Positions 9,359-16,673 of a stretch of DNA of 64,000 nt are shown here, piece by piece. The translations under genes were made by a program, and so were the position numbers. Position 1 is the first letter of the stretch; each line of letters begins with the position of its first letter. The notes beneath the pieces are model-generated. The model ran no database searches and was not told where the DNA came from. It saw only the letters and a program-made list of their open reading frames with translations. The DNA is from Candidatus Bathyarchaeia archaeon (GTDB lineage: Archaea; Thermoproteota; Bathyarchaeia; Bathyarchaeales; Bathycorpusculaceae): positions 32,001 to 96,000 of the forward strand of contig JBEKSS010000005.1 of the NCBI GenBank assembly GCA_049516875.1, read 5' to 3'.

Positions 9359-9766
9359 TTGAGTCTTGTAACTATGGCCGTCGACGGGTTTGTGCGACGC
9401 TGGCCGATTATCGGGCAGCCGCTGTTCTTTCCGTCGAGGAGCACGAGGAGTCCGGCTCCACATCAACGCTTTCCGAAGCCTGCGCCTATTCCAACGTATG
9501 AACGTCGGTTGTGGGGCGCTGACAACTTCGACCGCTTCGAGAACCAGCGATTTGAGCGAGGCCCAAGTCGACTGACCGGCCCAAAGCCCGGGGTCAAGAC
9601 TTATGGTGGATTCGGTGTCGTGAACCCCGTGTACGTCGAGCCGGAAACCCGCGTGAAAACTTTCAACGCGCCCGCATCATACGGGAACATTCTGCCACGG
9701 GCTCCTGTGAAGAGCTATGAACAGGGGTTTGGGCAGGCCGCTAGGACGCCCATCAAGACCTATTAG
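9359..9766 (+). CDS. Pro/Arg-rich hypothetical protein
   Basis: 135-aa ORF with repeated VKTY/VKTF/VKSY/IKTY motifs. Confidence 0.65.
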   Translation: MSLVTMAVDGFVRRWPIIGQPLFFPSRSTRSPAPHQRFPKPAPIPTYERRLWGADNFDRFENQRFERGPSRLTGPKPGVKTYGGFGVVNPVYVEPETRVKTFNAPASYGNILPRAPVKSYEQGFGQAARTPIKTY

Positions 9767-9868
9767 GGTTGAGAATGAGTCTGTAAATAACAATATTTTT
9801 TGTTTTCAAAAAAAATTTTAACTAGAACAATCATAGTTATTTTGTGCGGTTTTGTTAATCTGAATTAA

Positions 9869-9890
9869 CCGAAACGTTTTTAAATTTGTT
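9869..9890 (+). promoter_or_regulatory. BRE-TATA promoter driving the array
   Basis: CCGAAACG-TTTTTAAAT after an AT-rich tract; a near copy CTGAAACG-TTTAAATA lies at ~12378-12393. Confidence 0.6.
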
Positions 9891-9899
9891 GCGTTCAAC

Positions 9900-10410
9900 A
9901 TGTTTTAGTACGTTGTGCTTAAAGCAACAACGTACAGCAACATCATAAGCAACTAATCAACCGACACGTAAAATCTACGGCTGTTCTATGGCTGTTCACA
10001 ATACCTAAGACGGATTAAGCCTTTGATCTTGAAACGCTTCTGTTGGGTGGAACAGAAACACAAATACCGCCACGATTAGAGGCTTGAAAGGTCTTTAAGA
10101 CGTGTGACGAAACACACACACGGATTTAGTACGGCTGTTCTGGAATATCTCGATTTTACTGAAGTTTACCATGTTGGGAAATTAGGCTTATGCCATCGCA
10201 GAAGGTTAAGGTGTTCTGTGGATGGGCGGAATAAGTTAAAACCGTTGAAACCTATTGTTTTAGGCTGTTCCACGTCACAAGACGTAAAACGTGACGCAAA
10301 CAAAGAATTAGGCTGAAAAACACCTTAAAAGATTAGACCTTTATTATCCTTATCCTAGAGGTAATAAAGACAATTCAGACAGACGCTTCTCTAAACCGTT
10401 GCCCACAACA
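9900..10410 (+). ncRNA. Putative long structured leader/ncRNA
   Basis: At least 6 hairpins, a 10-bp loop pseudoknot (10206-10215 with 10319-10328), 4x GGCTGTTC, and no credible ORF. Confidence 0.55.
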
Positions 10411-10426
10411 AACACAGGTGTTTTCT

Positions 10427-10738
10427 ATGCTGAATGTCGGAAAATGTCGAAGTTGCGGTTTCGTAGTTCACCATCTATCTACTCCAGACTTCAAGGCTCT
10501 TATGAACGGACACCTCAGCAGATCTCATCCCAGCGAAGCCTTTGATTTTCCCCTGCACGTCACTATGACAGACTTCAAGGCTCTTTTTATCATCGTAAGA
10601 GTCACGAAGGAAGAGGAGATAGAGGGCACACTACGAGTTCTGCAAAACCGTGGTTATTGGGTGGCAATTCGTAACCATCCACAACTACAAAACATCCTTG
10701 TTTCTGGCTTGGGCATCGGGGAGTTAAAGCCTTTCTGA
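10427..10738 (+). CDS. C2H2-type Zn-finger protein (array gene 1)
   Basis: AGGTG SD; CRSC...HLSRSH; internal 17-bp direct repeat at 10485/10569 (DFKAL x2). Confidence 0.75.
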   Translation: MLNVGKCRSCGFVVHHLSTPDFKALMNGHLSRSHPSEAFDFPLHVTMTDFKALFIIVRVTKEEEIEGTLRVLQNRGYWVAIRNHPQLQNILVSGLGIGELKPF

Positions 10739-10790
10739 AATCCTCTACGGCAAAATAGCCTGCAGACTAGTTTCCTCACTTAAAGGGAGA

Positions 10791-11273
10791 ATGAATGTTT
10801 TGCCAAGAAGAAATGCTCAAACAGCCGAAACCCAAGTCGTGACTGAACCTTCTAGACTAGATTTGCTTGAGGCTTTCGCAGAGTTGGTGGCTGAGAGATG
10901 GGGCTATTTTATGGGCAGACGCCTCACTCAACAAGAGATGACTGAGAAGTGCAAGAACGAAATCAAAGCTGCCAGAGAGAAATCCAAGGCTCTCAACGGG
11001 AGCATAGAGAAACTCATCAAGGGCGAGGATCCAGAAGTCCGAGCCATGATTGAGACTCAGCGTGCCGACCTGAAGAACGCCAAAGAAATCGCGGGCGAAG
11101 CTAGAAAGCCGTTCCAACAAAAGATTGCCCCTCTAGCTCAAGCTCAGAAATACTGTGACAACGTGGCCATTCCCGACTCTTTGAAAGAGTTGGGGCACCC
11201 TGTCACGCCACGGTTCAGCCTCAGCGAGTGGGTGGGCAAGGCTGTCGAGCAGAACAAGAGAAAGAAGAAGTAA
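10791..11273 (+). CDS. Coiled-coil protein with C-terminal PRFSLSEW motif and basic tail
   Basis: 160-aa helical ORF followed by an oligo-T junction. Confidence 0.8.
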   Translation: MNVLPRRNAQTAETQVVTEPSRLDLLEAFAELVAERWGYFMGRRLTQQEMTEKCKNEIKAAREKSKALNGSIEKLIKGEDPEVRAMIETQRADLKNAKEIAGEARKPFQQKIAPLAQAQKYCDNVAIPDSLKELGHPVTPRFSLSEWVGKAVEQNKRKKK

Positions 11274-11319
11274 GTCAGCTTCTTCCACATCAACCTCAAC
11301 CCCCTTTTTTTCCTGCTAA

Positions 11320-11845
11320 AACTGTTCGGCTCGTCCGACAGTGGCATGGAAAGGCAGTCTTGCGAGAGCTAGACGCACGAGAGGACAGAATAAAGGCTTG
11401 AGAAGACAAAGATAGAAGCGTTTGTGCGTTAAACCTCAAAGGACTGTGGAGAAGGAAGACCGCTGGCTGTAAGGGAACAGCCGAAACCCCAATGAAGTCT
11501 TTTTCACAGCTAACCGCTCAGGACCTCTTCGTCCATTATCCAGAAGGTTTAATGGACATGGAGAGGGCACTCTCCGAGCCGATCGGCGGTGTAAGCTGAA
11601 GGAGAGTTGGTAGCTCGTATAACACAAAGAAGAAGCCCCATTACTTCTAAGCCTGATCCATGTGGGAGACACCCCCAATCATACTACCCACGTGCTACTC
11701 ACATTGAACAAGCTACCTTCGGGTACGCATGTTTCAAGTCGAGTTGGGCGGAAGCGAGCAGCGTAGAAGGGCGACTTTCTACGCGAGGAAATGGAAGGCG
11801 CAGCAATGCGCTGGGCGAGGCAGCACAGACGCTTACCAACGCTGG
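11320..11845 (+). ncRNA. Putative large structured ncRNA (~520 nt)
   Basis: Continuous nested stems, GCGA and GCAA GNRA loops, a C(UUCG)G loop, and G-U pairs consistent with plus-strand RNA. Confidence 0.65.
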
Positions 11846-11857
11846 GGTGTTAGTGTC

Positions 11858-12082
11858 ATGAGCATTTTCTGCGAGAATGAAGGAAAGTTGGTCACTATCG
11901 TTATCCCAAACAGAATAGCCATCGGCAGCCAAGTGAAAGTCATCAAGTGCCACAAGAAACTGCGCGATCGTGATTGTAGGGGCTGCCTTGCCAAGCATGC
12001 GTGTGCTGTATTCTTAGACGAGCCGAGGTTTTCACTCAAAACTTTCTGTGGAGGTCGAAGACGTCGAAAACGGAAACCATAG
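11858..12082 (+). CDS. Small Cys-rich protein with PRFSLKTF motif and Arg tail
   Basis: GGGGTG SD at 11844-11849, then ATG 11858 (MSIFCENEGK...). Confidence 0.7.
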   Translation: MSIFCENEGKLVTIVIPNRIAIGSQVKVIKCHKKLRDRDCRGCLAKHACAVFLDEPRFSLKTFCGGRRRRKRKP

Positions 12083-12113
12083 TCCTCTTCCTTTTTCTGT
12101 TCGGGGTGCATGT

Positions 12114-12374
12114 ATGGCCAGAGTTTTGCCAGCAAATGCTATAGAGGTGTCACACAACAAGGAAGCATTCTGCTTAATCTTCAGGTTCCAAGCTGCTGAC
12201 GCACATCAAGAAGCCGTCTACATCTCCATATCGCCTGCAGGAGCAAAAACCACGTCTGCCCTAATCGGCAGGGAAATCCAAGAGTACGAAAGAGAAACAG
12301 GTCTGACAGTAGCACCTTGGGAAATGCCTCAGAGCACACTGACCCAGATGAGTAAAAACCACCTCTCAAGCTGA
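12114..12374 (+). CDS. DUF3467-like protein
   Basis: ANAIEVSHNKEAFCLIF...ISISPAGAKT...LI..EIQEYE..G pattern; start follows a junction repeat. Confidence 0.65.
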   Translation: MARVLPANAIEVSHNKEAFCLIFRFQAADAHQEAVYISISPAGAKTTSALIGREIQEYERETGLTVAPWEMPQSTLTQMSKNHLSS

Positions 12375-12436
12375 TCGCTGAAACGTTTAAATACCTTCTT
12401 CCTTTTTTTGTACGAGGTACGAAGTGGGGTGGAACG

Positions 12437-12643
12437 ATGCCCAAAAAGAAAAGCAAGAGTAAAGAAACCGCACGGCTCAACCTGTACCTCGACCCGGACC
12501 TGGCGAAAAAGCTGAACGACTACTGCCTCGCATACATGGAAAAACACAAGAAAATAATTGAGTCCATAAGACAGATGGTTGGCAGGATGGCGCTGGCAGA
12601 ATGGCTTCAAAACCACGGCGACGACTTCACCGTCGAGCTCTAG
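12437..12643 (+). CDS. Ribbon-helix-helix-like DNA-binding protein
   Basis: RLNLYLDPDLAKKLNDYC beta-alpha-alpha pattern; has its own BRE-TATA upstream. Confidence 0.7.
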   Translation: MPKKKSKSKETARLNLYLDPDLAKKLNDYCLAYMEKHKKIIESIRQMVGRMALAEWLQNHGDDFTVEL

Positions 12644-12674
12644 CCTCCACTTTTTTCTCTTCGGGGTGATTCAA

Positions 12675-12806
12675 ATGGTAAGAAAAGATCCGGAGCATTG
12701 TAGCCACATACGGATAAACAGGGTCCTTGACACCTGGCTCTGCAACGAGTGCGGAGCTGAATTTGTTCCGAAGAATCCTAAGCACACGACAAAGTGGCAA
12801 AATTAA
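12675..12806 (+). CDS. Small Zn-ribbon protein (43 aa)
   Basis: HCSH...WLCNECGAEF; bounded by two junction repeats. Confidence 0.7.
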   Translation: MVRKDPEHCSHIRINRVLDTWLCNECGAEFVPKNPKHTTKWQN

Positions 12807-12824
12807 CCCCCTTTTTCTGCGGTG

Positions 12825-12955
12825 CAAACACCTACTTCATCGACAGTCGAAAGGCTGCAACAGGCGGCGTGGCTCTAATCTCGCTGCGACAAGGGCACTT
12901 TTTGCGCGGAAAAGGTAGGGGGTTCTGTGCAGAAAACCCTAGTCGTGACCATTGG
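12825..12955 (+). ncRNA. Putative small structured RNA (multi-way junction)
   Basis: CCTAC/GTAGG encloses three hairpins, including CAGTC-GAAA-GGCTG. Confidence 0.5.
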
Positions 12956-12969
12956 GGTGTGTATGAGCA

Positions 12970-13635
12970 ATGAGCAAGATACCGTTGCTTCTGCAGCGCA
13001 TTCAAAGATTTGAGGAGAGTCCCAGGGCTCCGCCGAAGACAAGCAAGAAACTGCTAGCCCTTCTCAATCGATTGAACACTCGCGAGTGGCTGCCCATCGT
13101 TGAAGGACAGCTGATGGAAGCCATTGTTCACTTGAAATGTGAAGTGAAGTTCATTGAACACCTGCCCCGCTGCCGGTTCTGTCAGCTGGAGCTCCAGCTA
13201 GATGTCGAGCGTTACAACGGAGTCCATTCAACCTGGTATCTCAGCCTGGAAAACAGTGAATATCTCGAAGAGGAATACCCTGACTGTCCCAAAGAGGAAG
13301 ATTACACGATAGATGATTATTGGAGTCAAGTGGAACGTTACAGGCAGACCGGCACAACAGAATCGAAAGACGTCAACACCCTGAAATTCATCTTGGACAG
13401 GGCAAAATGGGCTTACCAGATAGCTGGAAAACAGATAAAACTGGCCCGGCAGCTGCTCAGACTCGTTCGAAACTGGAACTTCAGCGAGAAGACCGAGGTA
13501 GAATTCAACAGGCTCTTCGAAGAACTTGAAATGTACGAGATAGCTAATCCTTCCCTTTTTTCTGCCTTGGGGTGTAAACACGAGCGACAAACTTCAGAAA
13601 CTGATACACACCATCAACACAAAACGGTATGCTAG
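12970..13635 (+). CDS. Hypothetical helical protein with CxxC; C-terminus reads through a junction repeat
   Basis: CRFC; the junction copy at 13553-13574 lies inside the ORF, so the native stop was probably near 13547. Confidence 0.7.
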   Translation: MSKIPLLLQRIQRFEESPRAPPKTSKKLLALLNRLNTREWLPIVEGQLMEAIVHLKCEVKFIEHLPRCRFCQLELQLDVERYNGVHSTWYLSLENSEYLEEEYPDCPKEEDYTIDDYWSQVERYRQTGTTESKDVNTLKFILDRAKWAYQIAGKQIKLARQLLRLVRNWNFSEKTEVEFNRLFEELEMYEIANPSLFSALGCKHERQTSETDTHHQHKTVC

Positions 13636-14566
13636 AGGAAACCCGAAGGATATACTATATCGGATTCTCGATGAAATCGACATGAGAGCCCACTTCGGTT
13701 ATAGAAGAAGCTGGGAGATACTCGTCGAACTGTTGGCCTATCACCTTGGCTTGCTGTCAAACCCCTGGCTCTACTCGAAACCAGCGATGGACTTACGGTA
13801 CGTTGAAGAGAAGACGAATCCGATGATAAGGCTCGGATTCCGCAGAAACCAGGGTCTGTGGGCTCCTAGAATGAGACTGCAGTGGAGACATCCAGCCTCC
13901 CAGCTTTCACGAGAAGCGAGAGAGGTTCTAGCCCGCGTTGAAGAGACGGACCTTCTGGAACAGTACGTCGTGGCAGCCAGGGCTAAGCCGTGGGACCATG
14001 TAGGCGACATATTCGTTGAACAGGAACTGGCAGGACGGAAGAACGCTCTTGGACAGAACCTGACACCCAAGCAGATCGTTGACTTCATGTTGAAAATGAC
14101 CCTGGATTTTGATAAGCCCACAAAGGAGCCAAGAACGTTGCTTGAACCATGTGTCGGAACAGGGCGATTTCTGATAGAAGCAAGTCTGATGAACCCTGAA
14201 AAACCTCTAATCCTATTCGGAATCGAGATAGACATCACACTGTACCGGGCATGCCTAGTCAACATGGCTCTCTTCAGCAGCAACCATCCCTACAGCATCA
14301 TCCGGGCTGACACGTTGATGCTTGATCTCGAGGCTTCAATGCCTGGCAGCCCGGTCTGGAACCAGGGTAACAGGTGGGATCCAGCGGACATGTCACCATA
14401 CTACATCAAGATACCTCTACCATTCAAGTTCTCCCTAGCGGAAATGGCAAAGGTTATGAAAGAGCAGTCAACCGACGTGCAGCAGCCCACCATCGTAATA
14501 CCGACGCCGCCGATGGCGTTCTCACTTGCAACACTGGCCAGAGCGAAGAAGAAACAACAGACATAA
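13580..14566 (+). CDS. N-6 DNA methylase (HsdM-like) SAM-binding protein lacking the NPPY motif
   Basis: GQNLTPKQIVDFM, LLEPCVGTGRFL, LFGIEID, IIRADTL. The frame is open back to ACG 13580, 5 nt after GGGGTG (track start 13682). Confidence 0.8.
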   Translation, partial: TSDKLQKLIHTINTKRYARGNPKDILYRILDEIDMRAHFGYRRSWEILVELLAYHLGLLSNPWLYSKPAMDLRYVEEKTNPMIRLGFRRNQGLWAPRMRLQWRHPASQLSREAREVLARVEETDLLEQYVVAARAKPWDHVGDIFVEQELAGRKNALGQNLTPKQIVDFMLKMTLDFDKPTKEPRTLLEPCVGTGRFLIEASLMNPEKPLILFGIEIDITLYRACLVNMALFSSNHPYSIIRADTLMLDLEASMPGSPVWNQGNRWDPADMSPYYIKIPLPFKFSLAEMAKVMKEQSTDVQQPTIVIPTPPMAFSLATLARAKKKQQT

Positions 14567-14598
14567 TCCCTCTTTTTTTTCTGTCCGGGGTGCAAAAG

Positions 14599-14997
14599 TT
14601 GAATCCTTTGGAATTGTATCAGCTTAGGCGTTACTGCCGCAAATACGGATTGGATTTTCAGGAGGTCGACAGCACGTTAACATACGCAGAATGCAAAAAG
14701 CATCTTAAGTCCCTGGTGCACATGCTCTTCCAATCACTGGACACGTTTGAACTGGCTCGCATGGCATCGCTGCAGGTAGAGTACATAGAAAACCACGCTC
14801 TCACCTACTATGCATCATGTCGGGTGGGTGGAGAGACAAAATCGGAAGAAGTCGGGGATCCCGACACGAGTCCACAGCGGTTTTCGCTGAAGACCATGAC
14901 AAGTGTTGGATTCTCTCTTTCATCATACGCAAAGCGACAGCCTGCATTTCCGGACCCTAGCATGAACAAGACAAGGCAAACTCAACGAAAAACCTAG
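14599..14997 (+). CDS. Hypothetical protein with two FSL motifs
   Basis: TTG start 6 nt after the junction GGGGTG; ends ...PQRFSLKTMTSVGFSLSSYAKRQ... Confidence 0.75.
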   Translation: MNPLELYQLRRYCRKYGLDFQEVDSTLTYAECKKHLKSLVHMLFQSLDTFELARMASLQVEYIENHALTYYASCRVGGETKSEEVGDPDTSPQRFSLKTMTSVGFSLSSYAKRQPAFPDPSMNKTRQTQRKT

Positions 14998-15094
14998 GCT
15001 AAACCGCCCAGAAATAGTCTTCTTCCTCATACTATATTACAGAAATCTCAAACATTCGGTGAGAGCCCTCTTTTTTTCTCCCCGGGGTGCAAGA

Positions 15095-15364
15095 GTGAGA
15101 CTCCGACGAAGCGACGTGCAAATCGTGAGAGCGATTCTCGAGGCAGCCAAGAAACTGGTGCGGGAGCCCTACTCGCTGAGCGAGCTGGCCGCAGCGGCAA
15201 GCGTGACGAGGAAAACCGCGAGAAGATGGCTCAGCCTGCTCAGGACAGTGGCGGAACTGTTGGTTCTGCCCCTGGAAACCAGGGTTGCTTATTTTGAGGG
15301 TCCAGGAAGAGGCAGAAAGCGAAGACGGAAAAGACTGACCACCGTTTCTCTCGCGCTCAGGTAG
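15095..15364 (+). CDS. Winged-HTH DNA-binding protein with basic tail
   Basis: YSLSELAAAASVTRKTARRWLSLL; GTG start after a junction repeat. Confidence 0.75.
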   Translation: MRLRRSDVQIVRAILEAAKKLVREPYSLSELAAAASVTRKTARRWLSLLRTVAELLVLPLETRVAYFEGPGRGRKRRRKRLTTVSLALR

Positions 15365-15497
15365 GCTGCCATCCCCTTTTTTTCTATGTTCAACTGGGTT
15401 CACTTGGGGTCCAAGGTTTTTGTATTTTCTCCGCACGCTCGTTACGGTTGCCCTATGGGGTGAAAAAACCCTTAAACCTTAAAGGAGAAAGAGAAAA

Positions 15498-16046
15498 ATG
15501 AAAAGACTCAGTAGGCTTAGTACACGCGGCAAAACTCTGATCGTCATCTTGTGCGCTGCTACGCTGGTTGGGGTTGCCGTCGCTATCCCCATCCTCGAGC
15601 GAGTGCTAACAGTGACAGTTCAAACCGGGCCCAGGCTCTTCGAAATCTGGAACGCGGACAGGACAGCGCAGATAACGAGTGTGGATATTGGCGGAATCTT
15701 CCCGGACCAGGTCAACGCCGTAAACTTGACCACGATCTACTTGCACAACACCGACACTTCGGGACAGCGCGACCTGAACATCACGGTGCATCCGTCGGCA
15801 ACGTTCGACTCGACCATCTTCAACCTGCTCGTAAACGGCACAAACCTGGCGGATGGCGTCACAAGAGTGCTTTGGAACAACGGGCCGGGCACATGGGTCC
15901 TGGCCTGGGGCCACGACCAGACGTATCCGATAGAGTGGGTCAAGGTGGAAATCTACCTGTGGCTCAAGCCCGAAGCAAGCCCGCCAGCCGGCGCCTACGA
16001 CTTTCAGCTGCTCTGGGACGCGCCGCTAGGCTCTTGGGGACCGTAG
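15498..16046 (+). CDS. Secreted/membrane-anchored beta-rich protein
   Basis: Basic N-terminus plus hydrophobic helix LIVILCAATLVGVAVA; several N-x-S/T sequons; GGAG SD and TATA-like CTTAAA upstream. Confidence 0.75.
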   Translation: MKRLSRLSTRGKTLIVILCAATLVGVAVAIPILERVLTVTVQTGPRLFEIWNADRTAQITSVDIGGIFPDQVNAVNLTTIYLHNTDTSGQRDLNITVHPSATFDSTIFNLLVNGTNLADGVTRVLWNNGPGTWVLAWGHDQTYPIEWVKVEIYLWLKPEASPPAGAYDFQLLWDAPLGSWGP

Positions 16047-16096
16047 TGAACGCTAAAGCGAACACTTCATAACCCTCTTTTTTCTGTTCGGGGTGA

Positions 16097-16396
16097 ATGA
16101 AAGCGTCTGAATCTCTTAAAACAAAAGTCAAATCCTACAACCCGTACACGAGAGCACGGAACAATCAACAGATTTACAAGACGTGTCCAGACTGTGGAAG
16201 AGAGCTTATGATGTATCGTGAATCGGGACATCAGCACTGGAGACCTACCGGCAGAGCATGTCCAGAACTTGTTGAATGGAACTATGTTGTGTACATACGA
16301 TGTGGAATCTGCGGTGGATTAGTTAAAACACGGTTGAAACCTATGTCGAAGTCTATGCCAAAGGACCTAGCGCGGCAATGGAAATTAATACCCTGA
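16097..16396 (+). CDS. Zn-ribbon protein
   Basis: CPDCG...CGICG; between junction repeats. Confidence 0.7.
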   Translation: MKASESLKTKVKSYNPYTRARNNQQIYKTCPDCGRELMMYRESGHQHWRPTGRACPELVEWNYVVYIRCGICGGLVKTRLKPMSKSMPKDLARQWKLIP

Positions 16397-16435
16397 GTCT
16401 CCACTCCTCCCTTTTTCTGTTCTGGGGTGATTGAA

Positions 16436-16582
16436 TTGAGTTATTTGCGAAGAATCTTAGGAGTAGTCCTGAATGGCGCCGCGGAAGTCAGTCAGATCGC
16501 CAGCGACGCCGCCAAGGAAACAGCAGAAGTAGTCAAGGACGTCGCCAAGACCGTTACCGAGAAGAAACCAGCAACGGCATGA
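16436..16582 (+). CDS. Small amphipathic helical protein (48 aa, not in the ORF track)
   Basis: TTG 6 nt after GGGGTG; MSYLRRILGVVLNGAAEVSQIASDAAKETAEVVKDVAKTVTEKKPATA. Confidence 0.65.
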   Translation: MSYLRRILGVVLNGAAEVSQIASDAAKETAEVVKDVAKTVTEKKPATA

Positions 16583-16673
16583 AGCCTTTATTTACGAGGG
16601 GCTTCTGCCTCTTTTTTTTCTGTTCGGGGTGAAGGCCCGTTTAAGGTTGGAATGAAGGGCAAGCAGTGGTTAT

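Larger units (their letters stand above)
11299..16631 (+). repeat. Dispersed gene-junction repeat C(n)-T(5-9)-CTGTTC-GGGGTG, ~12 copies
   Basis: Good copies at 12090, 12650, 13553, 14568, 15066, 16073, 16408 and 16608; divergent or split copies at 11299, 12400, 12807 and 15373. Confidence 0.9.

Noticed and set aside
10104-10316. 70-aa ORF in the leader
   Set aside because: No SD, atypical composition, and it lies in the hairpin-rich region.
11560-11610. Group II intron domain V (GAGCCG...)
   Set aside because: No 34-nt DV hairpin, no DVI or AY end, and no RT.
11729-11857. N-terminal extension of ORF 11729-12082 and other ORFs over 11436-11998
   Set aside because: They overlap the RNA stems; the SD-supported start is 11858.
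15160-15190. PYSLSEL as another FSL tag
   Set aside because: It is the first helix of an HTH and is not C-terminal.
11299-16631. CRISPR array or integron attC array
   Set aside because: Spacers are gene-sized and irregular; repeats are non-palindromic with no R/L boxes; no cas or intI gene in the window.
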